Assembly: GCA_034111145.1 (NCBI GenBank)
Contig: JAWUXU010000019.1
Location: forward strand, 3,123-67,122
From: Paraglaciecola sp.
GTDB lineage: Bacteria; Pseudomonadota; Gammaproteobacteria; Enterobacterales; Alteromonadaceae
Direction of reading: 5' to 3'
Length of the DNA: 64,000 nucleotides
Part shown: positions 11,220 to 19,936 of the stretch, piece by piece
Layout: each line of letters opens with the position of its first letter
Position numbering within the stretch: the first letter of the stretch is position 1
The notes under the pieces: model-generated
What the model was told of the DNA's origin: nothing
The model's database searches: none
Seen by the model: the letters and a program-made list of their open reading frames with translations, nothing else
Made by a program: the position numbers and the translations under genes

Positions 11220-12686
11220 ATGCTGAATGAAACCAATGCCAGTATTTTGTTTGTTGATGACGAGCCAGAAATATTAATGGCCTTAAAACGTTCACTTCGC
11301 GGCACAGATATTACAGTACATACTGCCGGTTCTGGTGAAAAAGGCCTGCAGATGATGGAACAGCAAGACATTGACATTGTTGTATCAGATAAAAATATGC
11401 CCGGCATGAGTGGCAACGAATTTTTACATCAAGTAGCACAGCAGTGGCCAGAAACTGTGCGCATTATGCTCACCGCCTATACCCAATTAGATGATGTTAT
11501 TTCAGCAATCAACTCCGGAAAAATATGGGGTTATATGAAAAAGCCTTGGGATAACGAAGAGCTAATACTTATTATCCAGCAGGCTATTAATTATAGTGAG
11601 TTATTAGCTGAAAGAAGCCTATTACGACATACCTTGGAACAAGTACAAACCAAACGTAAACGCAACTTTATGAAGTTCATCGGTCAATCAACAGCGATGC
11701 AATTTGTTTATGATGCCATTGAAAACTGTGCATCTAGCCATGCATCTGTATTTATTACCGGACCAAGTGGTTCCGGTAAGGAGCTTGCAGCCGATGCCCT
11801 GCATAAACTCAGCTCGCGTAAAAACAACCCTCTTATTTGTTTAAATTGCGCAGCTATACCGAGTGAGTTAATGGAGTCAGAAGTTTTTGGCCACGTAAAA
11901 GGAGCGTTTTCCGGTGCAGTAGCCAATCGAGATGGCGCAGCAACCTTGGCAGACGGTGGCACATTGTTTTTAGATGAACTAGGCGAAATGGACATAGGCT
12001 TACAGGCTAAAATATTACGTTTCATTCAAACTGGTACTTTTAAAAAAGTAGGCAGCAATAAAGAAGAAAAGGTTAATATTCGTTTTGTCAGTGCCACTAA
12101 CCGAGAGCCTTTTAGATCCATAGAGGAAGGCCGTCTTAGAGAAGATCTTTATTATCGACTTAATGTTATCTCTATCAATTTGCCACCGTTGAAAGACAGA
12201 GAAAACGATGCCTGCCAAATAGCTCAATATTTTCTAAATCGTTTTAGCGATATCGAACAAAAAGTGTTTGTTGGTTTATCATCTGATGCAGGTACACTTA
12301 TCAACAACTACCCATGGCCAGGTAATGTGAGGCAATTAGAAAACACCATTCACAGTGCCGTGGTGATGTCAGAAGGGCCGTTGTTAACAGAGCAAATTTT
12401 GGCCCGACAATTACAGTTAAACCAAACACAAATGATTGAATTATTGCATAAAAAAACACCCGCCTCAGGACTTAAATCAACCTCAACGGCTTCTAGGGTT
12501 GATCTCAATTACCTTCAAGACATCAGAATAAATGACACCAGCACAGTGCGCAGCTTAGCTGAAGTGGAAAGAGCAGCAATTGAACATGCCATAGCGGCCT
12601 GTAACGACAACGTTGTTAAAGCGGCCAGTTTACTAGAGGTTAGTCCGTCCACCCTATATCGTAAAGTTCAGCAATGGCAAGATTGA
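11220..12686 (+). CDS. Sigma-54-dependent response regulator (REC-AAA+-HTH), LuxO/SypG-like
   Basis: REC domain (VDDE, SDKNMP, KPWDN); Walker A GPSGSGKE; GAFSGA; Walker B LFLDE; WPGNVRQLEN; LuxO-like HTH LEVSPSTLYRK. Confidence 0.93.
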   Translation: MLNETNASILFVDDEPEILMALKRSLRGTDITVHTAGSGEKGLQMMEQQDIDIVVSDKNMPGMSGNEFLHQVAQQWPETVRIMLTAYTQLDDVISAINSGKIWGYMKKPWDNEELILIIQQAINYSELLAERSLLRHTLEQVQTKRKRNFMKFIGQSTAMQFVYDAIENCASSHASVFITGPSGSGKELAADALHKLSSRKNNPLICLNCAAIPSELMESEVFGHVKGAFSGAVANRDGAATLADGGTLFLDELGEMDIGLQAKILRFIQTGTFKKVGSNKEEKVNIRFVSATNREPFRSIEEGRLREDLYYRLNVISINLPPLKDRENDACQIAQYFLNRFSDIEQKVFVGLSSDAGTLINNYPWPGNVRQLENTIHSAVVMSEGPLLTEQILARQLQLNQTQMIELLHKKTPASGLKSTSTASRVDLNYLQDIRINDTSTVRSLAEVERAAIEHAIAACNDNVVKAASLLEVSPSTLYRKVQQWQD

Positions 12687-12696
12687 TATTTTAATT

Positions 12697-12734
12697 TTTG
12701 CATCTTGCGAAATAAATCTGTCGCAAGATGCAAA
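12697..12734. promoter_or_regulatory. Paired enhancer boxes (TTGCA-N3-TGCAA-like) forming a perfect 14-bp inverted repeat
   Basis: TTTGCATCTTGCGA-N10-TCGCAAGATGCAAA. Each arm resembles the LuxO box, and there is no U-tract on either strand. Confidence 0.65.
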
Positions 12735-12806
12735 TCCCACTCCTCACATCACCACCAAAATAAAAATATAATTATATATTTCATAATGTTATGAATTTTA
12801 ATTTTA

Positions 12807-12822
12807 TGGACTGCATCTTGTA
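12807..12822 (+). promoter_or_regulatory. Possible variant sigma-54 promoter for the wzx operon (-12 element GT)
   Basis: TGG-ACTGCATCTT-GTA gives GG-N10-GT, located 75-110 bp downstream of the enhancer boxes. Confidence 0.4.
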
Positions 12823-12860
12823 ACACTGTAAATAGTGTTTTTAGTTTAGGCCATAAAACA

Positions 12861-14114
12861 ATGCTTAAGACTCGGCAATATGAGAATAAACAATTACTCA
12901 ATAATACCTGTTGGCTTGTATCCACTGAAATAGCAGCAAAAATTTCAAGATTGTTAGTAATACTAGCATTAGCGTCAAGTTTGGAAGTCGTCGAATATGG
13001 CACTGTGATGCTCGCTCTAGCTTGCCACGAAATATTTAAGTTAATACTGCGCTCTGGTGCAGGCGCACAAATCATTCAATGCTCAGAAAAACAGCTAAAA
13101 AAATATGCTAAAAACGGGGCCTTGTTGCAATGGGTGGTTTGTATTTTACTTGCCAGCATACAAGCTGGTTTAGCTCCACCCATAGCTAATTTTTACGACA
13201 ACCCATCTCTCATTCCTCTGATTAGTTTGATGGCGGTTGTTTATCTGTTTTATCCACTGGTGAGCATTAAAGTATTCCTTATCCAGCGCCAAGGTAATAT
13301 GCAATTTTATAGTATACGTAATGCAATATGTATCGTTGCTGAAAACATCAGCATTGCATTATTTGCCATTTTGGACTGCGGCATCATGTCGGTTGTTTAT
13401 GGAAAATGGGTATTCGCACTACTTTGGATAGCCTTATTTTACTCCACGCCAGTACAGAATTTTGGAGTCGGCTTCCAATGGGATGTTTTTTTAAAGTTAA
13501 CAAAAACATCCGGCCAATTACTAACTACAGAGCTCGTCAGAGCTCTGCGAATGCAGTCAGACATGCTGATTGGTGCACGTTTGTTAAGCCCTGAATTATA
13601 TGGTTTATATAGCTTTGCCAAAAGTGCCGGTGTTGGCCTCAGTCAATCAATTAACAACGCTTTTAATACAGCACTGTACCCTTATCTTTGTGATAAACAC
13701 AGAAATAGCCAACTCAAACATCATATCCCTAAGGTGTATTTTTTTACTTGTTTGGTCGGCACATTATTTGTAATTCAAGCCTTGTTGGTACCATTTTACG
13801 TGCCCATATTATTTGACCAAGTTTGGCAACAAAATCACATGGTGGTGATGGTGTTATGTTTAGCCGCATTACCAGCGGTATTTGTTGACACTCAGTGCAA
13901 TATATTGCGCGCCAGAGCTCAATATCAAAAAGAACTATACGTTCGATTATTTTGTTTAATCGTCAGCACGCTCGGCATGTTGGCTGTTCAAGCGACAACA
14001 CCCAAAAATTTTGCTTTTACCATTTTAGGCTGTAGCGCTATGTGGCTGGTTGCATTGGTTCCTTGGTACAAATTAGAAAATATATTTACATCCCCATTAT
14101 CTAATAGGAGCTAA
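12861..14114 (+). CDS. Wzx-type oligosaccharide flippase (SypK-like)
   Basis: Multi-TM PST/MOP-family pattern (DMLIGARLLSPELYGLYSFA) in an EPS context. Confidence 0.85.
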   Translation: MLKTRQYENKQLLNNTCWLVSTEIAAKISRLLVILALASSLEVVEYGTVMLALACHEIFKLILRSGAGAQIIQCSEKQLKKYAKNGALLQWVVCILLASIQAGLAPPIANFYDNPSLIPLISLMAVVYLFYPLVSIKVFLIQRQGNMQFYSIRNAICIVAENISIALFAILDCGIMSVVYGKWVFALLWIALFYSTPVQNFGVGFQWDVFLKLTKTSGQLLTTELVRALRMQSDMLIGARLLSPELYGLYSFAKSAGVGLSQSINNAFNTALYPYLCDKHRNSQLKHHIPKVYFFTCLVGTLFVIQALLVPFYVPILFDQVWQQNHMVVMVLCLAALPAVFVDTQCNILRARAQYQKELYVRLFCLIVSTLGMLAVQATTPKNFAFTILGCSAMWLVALVPWYKLENIFTSPLSNRS

Positions 14115-14165
14115 CACCTGAAAAATCATGCTCACCCCATGTATCTATTGTTATCCAAATGCTTT
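14102..14165 (+). pseudogene. 5' stub of a deleted or duplicated GT2 gene
   Basis: TAATAGGAG-N7-CTG followed by codons for SCSPHVSIVIQM; colinear with the RBS and start of the next GT2 gene (14166-14229). Confidence 0.65.
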
Positions 14166-14181
14166 TAATAGGAGTTTACTC

Positions 14182-15201
14182 ATGAAGAAATCATCTATAC
14201 CCATATTATCTGTTGTTATTCCGATGTTTAACGTCGGCCAATATATCGAGCAGTGCATACAATCGGTACTGGCACAAACGTTTAAAAACTTTGAAGTAAT
14301 ATGTGTCGATGACGGCTGCACAGACGACACTCTATATAAAATCAAGCAATATTCTGACCCCAGAATAAAGCTTATTCAGCAAGATAATCGTGGTCTGTCG
14401 GGAGCCAGAAACACAGGGATCTTAGCTGCAAGAGGTATGTATATTGCCCTACTTGACGCAGATGATTTTTGGGCCAAAGAAAAACTAGCTGGACATATCA
14501 ATCACCTTAACTCACAGCCACACGTGGGCGTGAGTTACTGCCCTTCGTTATTTGTTGACGAAAGCGGAAAATCTATGGGCATGGGGCAATATCCAAAACT
14601 CAAAGATATTAGTGCCAAAGACGTATTTTGTCGCAACCCAGTTGGCAATGGTTCAGCCCCTGTGATCAGAAAGCGACTATTAAAAGAAGTAATTTTTGTT
14701 AGCCTTAAAACTGGACGAAAGTGTATATTTGATGAAGACTTACCCCAATCAGAAGATATCGAATTGTGGTTACGCATTGCTTTACTGGGTAACTGGAAAT
14801 TCGAAGGGATCAAAACACCCCTGACTTTTTACCGTGTTAACGAAGGAGGTCTGTCGTCTAACCTCAATAAACAATACGAAAGTTGGTGTTTGGCCATTAA
14901 AAAAAACCAGAAAGGCCACGCTAATTTTTTTAAGCGATACTTACCTTTAGCAAGAGCTTATCAACTAAGGTATCTAGCGCGCCGAGCAATCCGTTCGGGC
15001 GATACTTGGCAAGCTATCAAACTAGTGCATCAAGCACTGTTTACCCAACCTAAGATCGCCATTGAAGAACCATTAAGAACCATGGCGACTTATGGCTGTG
15101 CACTGATGTCAATATTGCCCCATAACATTTACCTTATAATAGAAAATACCGCCATACGTATGCTCAAGCCCCAACCTATACTCACTATTGATAAGGAGTA
15201 A
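14182..15201 (+). CDS. Glycosyltransferase family 2
   Basis: LSVVIPMFN, VDDGCTD, LSGARNTG, LLDADD, SEDIELWLR; RBS AGGAG precedes ATG 14182. Confidence 0.93.
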   Translation: MKKSSIPILSVVIPMFNVGQYIEQCIQSVLAQTFKNFEVICVDDGCTDDTLYKIKQYSDPRIKLIQQDNRGLSGARNTGILAARGMYIALLDADDFWAKEKLAGHINHLNSQPHVGVSYCPSLFVDESGKSMGMGQYPKLKDISAKDVFCRNPVGNGSAPVIRKRLLKEVIFVSLKTGRKCIFDEDLPQSEDIELWLRIALLGNWKFEGIKTPLTFYRVNEGGLSSNLNKQYESWCLAIKKNQKGHANFFKRYLPLARAYQLRYLARRAIRSGDTWQAIKLVHQALFTQPKIAIEEPLRTMATYGCALMSILPHNIYLIIENTAIRMLKPQPILTIDKE

Positions 15202-15206
15202 CCGAA

Positions 15207-15617
15207 GTGAAGCCAGTCCGCTCGATTCGCAAAGATCCCGACATTATGAGTTTCCTGAGTCGTTTGCCTCAAGAGACGGCATCAGTGCTTACCGACACAC
15301 AACTCAGTCATATCAAAGTCGCCATTGGCAGCGGCCAATACCGCAAACACAAAGTAGATATACGTGGCACCTTTCCCGTACTGTTCTTTCCATCACGTAT
15401 CTACTTTGTATTTCTCATGGGCCGCAATATTCGCAGTCTATCCAGACAAGAACAAAATATTGCATTTACATCAATGCTGCTATTAACAACACTATTCTTG
15501 ATGTTCAGCACCATCTTAGGTTTGGTTATTGTCTACATAATTAAATCGGCACTGGGGATTAACTTGTTGGAAGGTTACTCACTTGGATTGTGGGATTGGA
15601 TTGTGGGATTGGATTAA
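15207..15617 (+). CDS. Conserved small membrane protein of unknown function; C-terminus altered by a 13-bp duplication
   Basis: KHKVDIRG...IYFVFLMGRN followed by a TM segment and YIIKSALGINL; starts 5 nt after the GT2 stop. Confidence 0.7.
   Translation: MKPVRSIRKDPDIMSFLSRLPQETASVLTDTQLSHIKVAIGSGQYRKHKVDIRGTFPVLFFPSRIYFVFLMGRNIRSLSRQEQNIAFTSMLLLTTLFLMFSTILGLVIVYIIKSALGINLLEGYSLGLWDWIVGLD
15583..15615. repeat. 13-bp tandem duplication (TTGGATTGTGGGA x2.5)
   Basis: Read directly in the sequence. Confidence 0.9.
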
Positions 15618-15978
15618 GAGTGTTTGACACGACTTATGTTTTAATTTTTTTGTATACATAACAGATGGCTGATCGGTTCACTGCATCGTTATCAAGAGGT
15701 GTGATTTACGTGATAATGTTATTATCGCTTCTTATGCGCGTCGTGCACGTCGAGGGTAGATCAAGAAGCATCGCTGTTACCGACAATAAATTTTAGATAG
15801 CTTTTCCCTGAATTAACATAACCAACTAGTATGACTGTGCTGATGGTTCTTTGTGTTATTGATCTTTCATATATAACAGTAAGAGTTTAATAAGGTTTAT
15901 ATATGAATTATTTCACGTTGTTTGAACCAATCAACATAAGTATTACCGCCATGCAAATTAAACAATAAGAGTAAAGAA

Positions 15979-16527
15979 GTGCCAAAAAAAATACAACTCA
16001 CCAAAGAAGACCTAAGAAAAAAAAAGCCCACACGAGACGAATACCCATCTAAGCCAAAAATTCCTCTAGTAGTGGTGCTAGACAACGTAACTAATAGCCA
16101 CAATATCGGATCTTTTATTCGCTTAGCTGACGCTTTTTCTATCGAAAAAGTCATTGTATGTGGTGAGCTAACGATTTCAGAAAAAAAATTGAACAAGGCC
16201 TCTAGAAATGAAGCTAAGTGGGTTTGTGTTGAATATAGTGATAGCACCATATTAAGTTTACAAAAATTATTGGAACAGGGGTATACAATTTTCAGTGTTG
16301 AGTTGTGCCATGAGTCTGTTAATTATAGTGATGTTACTTACCCGTCACGTTGCGTATTAGTTTTAGGCAATGAACGTAAGGGCGTCAGTGAAGCTTCATT
16401 AAAATTAAGCTATCAACACATACATATTCCAATGTTTGGCATGGGTAACTCTTTGAATGTTTCAACTGCTGGAGCAATCGTCTTAGCGGAATGTGCTAAT
16501 CAAATCAGAAAATTGCCACATACTTGA
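15979..16527 (+). CDS. TrmH/SpoU family RNA methyltransferase
   Basis: LDNV...NIGSFIR, LVLGNERKGVS, IPMFGMGNSLNVSTAGAI (SPOUT motifs). Confidence 0.92.
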   Translation: MPKKIQLTKEDLRKKKPTRDEYPSKPKIPLVVVLDNVTNSHNIGSFIRLADAFSIEKVIVCGELTISEKKLNKASRNEAKWVCVEYSDSTILSLQKLLEQGYTIFSVELCHESVNYSDVTYPSRCVLVLGNERKGVSEASLKLSYQHIHIPMFGMGNSLNVSTAGAIVLAECANQIRKLPHT

Positions 16528-16689
16528 ACGATTTGTCCTACTTTACACAGATATATAGCTTTAAAATCGTCTAAAAAATTAGCTTTTAGAGTGGGACAGA
16601 CAACTTGACTATGCCCACATTAACTAATTGATTCATAATGTGTAAATATAGGATGCAAAACACTCAAAATATGTAAATATAATATGAAT

Positions 16690-16714
16690 TATTCATTATA
16701 ATTTATAATGAATA
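16690..16714. promoter_or_regulatory. Perfect 12-1-12 palindrome just upstream of the pilin gene (operator candidate)
   Basis: TATTCATTATAA-T-TTATAATGAATA, ending 13 nt before ATG 16728. Confidence 0.45.
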
Positions 16715-16727
16715 TTAATAAACTTGC

Positions 16728-17255
16728 ATGCTCACCAGCAAAAGCAATAAAGGTGTTACATTAATTGAACTCATCATAGTCATTGTTATATTGGGAATAA
16801 TGGCCGTTACTGCTGCCCCACGTTTCATTGATGTATCAAGCGACGCAAATATCGCTAAATTGAAGGCCTTAGAAGGCACGATTAAAAGCGGCGCGAATTT
16901 AGTTCGAGCCAAAGCTATTGTTCAGGGCTTATATAATCGTAATGGATTTATAGGAGTTGATATTGATAACGACGGAAATGGTGATGTTATGATTTTTTCC
17001 AGCTATCCTGCTGTTGGTGGGCAATGTCGTTTCTTCATAAGCGGTTTGCCATATTGGATAGACATAAATTTACCCGTAACATGCATAAGCGGTGTGGCAT
17101 CGTCCGATGATTGGTATGGCATAATTAGTACGCAAACTTTTGACTTTATGCCCGCAGGGATTACTTCAATATCCCAGGGTTGTTACTTGAGATACACTGA
17201 GCCTCTTTTTTTTGGTGGAAGTTTTTCGACTTCTTTGATCACGTCGGGCTGCTAA
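16728..17255 (+). CDS. MSHA-type (MshA-like) type IV prepilin
   Basis: KG|VTLIELIIVIVILGIMAVTAAPRF prepilin motif; four Cys with C-terminal ...GC. Confidence 0.85.
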   Translation: MLTSKSNKGVTLIELIIVIVILGIMAVTAAPRFIDVSSDANIAKLKALEGTIKSGANLVRAKAIVQGLYNRNGFIGVDIDNDGNGDVMIFSSYPAVGGQCRFFISGLPYWIDINLPVTCISGVASSDDWYGIISTQTFDFMPAGITSISQGCYLRYTEPLFFGGSFSTSLITSGC

Positions 17256-17405
17256 AATGGCTCTGGGGCCAAAGTTTACAGAGCAAGCTGCTTGATTAAT
17301 AAAGCTTTGTTCAGAAACATCAAAAAGGCAAGCAACACTTTATAATATTCAGTTTCATGTGTGACGGTGATATTATACTAACCTTGACAGATTAAGAGTA
17401 TAAAT

Positions 17406-17588
17406 ATGAACCGTCGTAAAAAGGGCAATCAGATTTTAAAAGCACGCGCCAAAAAGGCGAATGCCAAATTATCCTCCAAAAATAAGTCAAAATATATTAG
17501 CAAAGCTGAACGAGAGACATTAACTACTGGTGCCGCTGAAGATCCAAATATCGTTTTCAATAGTGATGCTAAAGAACAAATAGGTTAG
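17406..17588 (+). CDS. DUF2986-family small basic protein
   Basis: MNRRKK..Q.LK...KKANAKL....K.KYISKAER signature. Confidence 0.8.
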   Translation: MNRRKKGNQILKARAKKANAKLSSKNKSKYISKAERETLTTGAAEDPNIVFNSDAKEQIG

Positions 17589-17603
17589 AGAATAAATTTG
17601 TCA

Positions 17604-17625
17604 TGGTTCACTCATCAGTGAACCA
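17604..17625 (+). terminator. Hairpin/terminator after the DUF2986 gene
   Basis: TGGTTCACT-CATC-AGTGAACCA with a T-rich tract shortly downstream. Confidence 0.55.
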
Positions 17626-18001
17626 CTCCTATTTTTTCCCAAAATTTAAACACTAACGCTAACCTGATTAGCGAAAAGGTATCACCACAAGCGCAACCAG
17701 TCTCAGCCCACAAATGACATCAACAAATTCTTTATTAGATTATTGCATTTCCAGCTTGCTGGCACTGCCCTCGGTGAATCGCTTTTAGTTACTGAGCATC
17801 ACTCTCTTAAGCCAAACCTCGTTTAATAGTCACCGAACTATGCTTAAACGCTAAAAGTGTTTTGCATAAGAGTTTTGACGCTTAATGGGTTGGGTCATCC
17901 TGAATATATATAGCTGGCAACAGACTGTTTGTAACGGAAATGTCTACTAGGTTACCAGCGAGATCGATGTGCAAAATATCCTACAAATCAAATAACCTAT
18001 A

Positions 18002-18028
18002 AAATAATAGCAATGCGTTTGCATTGCC
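18002..18028 (-). terminator. Intrinsic terminator of the minus-strand EPS operon
   Basis: Minus strand reads GCAATGC-AAAC-GCATTGC-TATTATTTT. Confidence 0.6.
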
Positions 18029-18057
18029 TTTCTAAGTTTCTAGACTTCTTGTGCAAT

Positions 18058-18915
18058 TTATTTAATGGCACCGACTTTCCTACAGACCATTTTAAAAAAC
18101 AGTTCTTTTAACGACAACACGTTTTTAGCCCTCCATATAAACCAATATCTGGTTTGGCTGGCGTAGTACATTAATTTGTCTATCGGTAGGAATGTCATTC
18201 TTTCCCCCTCTTGATAATAAAAACAGTCTTTAGAGCGTTTTAACCAGTCATCGTCGGATTTGTTTTTAACATGCAAAAAGCTGTAGGGATTACTTAAGCG
18301 TATTTTGCGGCGCATCTTAATTTGTTCGGGTGTGCGTTCTGCATAGTGACGACAGATAGGCGACGGATGATACAAGTTTTGACAAAACCGTGGCACTTTA
18401 CCACTGATATTTTCAGGCCAGCTTTTGAACGGTGAATTCCTAAAAAAACGGGGCTCACGCCAATTTATTCGATAATAGCGGCGACGTTCAGAAACCTTCA
18501 ATGTTTTGTCTTCCTGATCGTAAACGGCTAAGTCATTATCCGTAAAATAAAACTGTGCCTGCCATACGCGCATTTGGTTTTTATTTCGCTGCATGGCTTT
18601 AATTAACATTGGCCGCGGATCTTCGGTAAGCATCTCATCAGCATCTAAGATATACCACCAGTCTGATGCTGAATAACGTTGATGAAACATGTTATATACA
18701 CGATTTCTAAATTGATTACGGTAAATTTCATCGGTATGGGCAGCAATCACAATACGACTGTCATTCAGCGATTTTTGGCAAATCAGTTCCCAGCTACCAT
18801 CGGTTGAATCATTATCAAACACATAAATAGTGTCGCAAAACCTGAGGGCATTGTTTAAGGTTTCAAGAATAATGTCTGCTTCGTTTTTAATTATACAAAT
18901 AGCGTTAAGTTTCAT
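18058..18915 (-). CDS. Glycosyltransferase family 2 (Glyco_tranf_2_4-like)
   Basis: IKNEADII, DNDSTDGS, ILDADE. Confidence 0.85.
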   Translation of the reverse strand: MKLNAICIIKNEADIILETLNNALRFCDTIYVFDNDSTDGSWELICQKSLNDSRIVIAAHTDEIYRNQFRNRVYNMFHQRYSASDWWYILDADEMLTEDPRPMLIKAMQRNKNQMRVWQAQFYFTDNDLAVYDQEDKTLKVSERRRYYRINWREPRFFRNSPFKSWPENISGKVPRFCQNLYHPSPICRHYAERTPEQIKMRRKIRLSNPYSFLHVKNKSDDDWLKRSKDCFYYQEGERMTFLPIDKLMYYASQTRYWFIWRAKNVLSLKELFFKMVCRKVGAIK

Positions 18916-18953
18916 AATTTCACCTTGTGCTAAAATAAATTTGGGTGAGCAAT

Positions 18954-19898
18954 TTAACGATTAACTCGGGTCAGATTTACCATTGTTGAAAATAGGTATT
19001 GTGTGATTAGCCACAAGCCAAACAGGTTACGATGTAACGGCTTAAGTTTACTAACAGGGTTTTTTAGTAGCTGCTTAGCAGCGGATAATTGACCTGCGTG
19101 AATATTGATTTTTGCTAAGTGACAAATGTGTGCTGCACAATACTTCATTACGAAAGGAGCGACGGCCTTGTCTACGTCGCCAGCGGCTACTTTTGCCAGT
19201 AAGCGTTTGGCAAAGGGCAATAGATCTTGGGGAATATGTTTATCACAAGCTCTATTTTCACTATCGGTATGGTATAACATCAACACCAACGGTGAATAAA
19301 CTAAGCTAGCTTGCAAAACAATTTGCGAAAACAGTGCTTGATCTTCACCCATGGCTTCACCCACTGGGAAACCGCCAAGCTGCTTAAATAAATCTTTAGC
19401 TATAACTAAACTTGAAGGCATAAAGGGCAAGTCACCCTTAGCACATACCTCAAAATAATTGTTCATCACATAGCCTGTTGGTGATATATCACCTAGGGCT
19501 AACTTAGGGTTTCGATACTCGCCATCTTCAAACACTTTTTGATAGTTACTAGCGAAACATTTGTGCCCAGGAAAGCGCTGGATCAATTGACTCATTTCAT
19601 ATAAAAAAAATGGTGACCATTGATCGGCAGCATCAATAAAGGCGACATGTTGATGTTTAGCTAATCTCACACCATGATTGCGGGCAACAGAGACGCCTTG
19701 ATTTTTTTGTTTCACTAAAATCACATTTGGAATATCCAATTCAGTTACTTTGGTAGCACTGCCATCTGTTGAACCATCGTCAACCACAATGATTTCTGCT
19801 GCAGCAAAGCGTTGAGCACAGATAGAAAAAAGTGTACGGCTGACACTATTAACCTTGTTGTATAATGGAATAACGACTGAAAATTTTATTGTGCTCAT
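18954..19898 (-). CDS. Glycosyltransferase family 2 (DxD motif reads DAAD)
   Basis: FSVVIPLYNK, VDDGSTD, VSVARNHG, FIDAADQW, MGEDQ. Confidence 0.9.
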   Translation of the reverse strand: MSTIKFSVVIPLYNKVNSVSRTLFSICAQRFAAAEIIVVDDGSTDGSATKVTELDIPNVILVKQKNQGVSVARNHGVRLAKHQHVAFIDAADQWSPFFLYEMSQLIQRFPGHKCFASNYQKVFEDGEYRNPKLALGDISPTGYVMNNYFEVCAKGDLPFMPSSLVIAKDLFKQLGGFPVGEAMGEDQALFSQIVLQASLVYSPLVLMLYHTDSENRACDKHIPQDLLPFAKRLLAKVAAGDVDKAVAPFVMKYCAAHICHLAKINIHAGQLSAAKQLLKNPVSKLKPLHRNLFGLWLITQYLFSTMVNLTRVNR

Positions 19899-19936
19899 AA
19901 TATTAGCTCCAATTTACGCTTACCAATTAAAAGTAA

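Noticed and set aside
12697-12734. 14-bp inverted repeat as terminator of the activator gene
   Set aside because: There is no U-tract on either strand, and each arm is itself a TTGCA-N3-TGCAA-like box, so an enhancer pair fits better. A dual role is not excluded.
15620-15978. Possible gene remnant or small ORF (MADRFTAS...) before the TrmH gene
   Set aside because: No frame gave a recognisable motif, so it cannot be supported without a database search.
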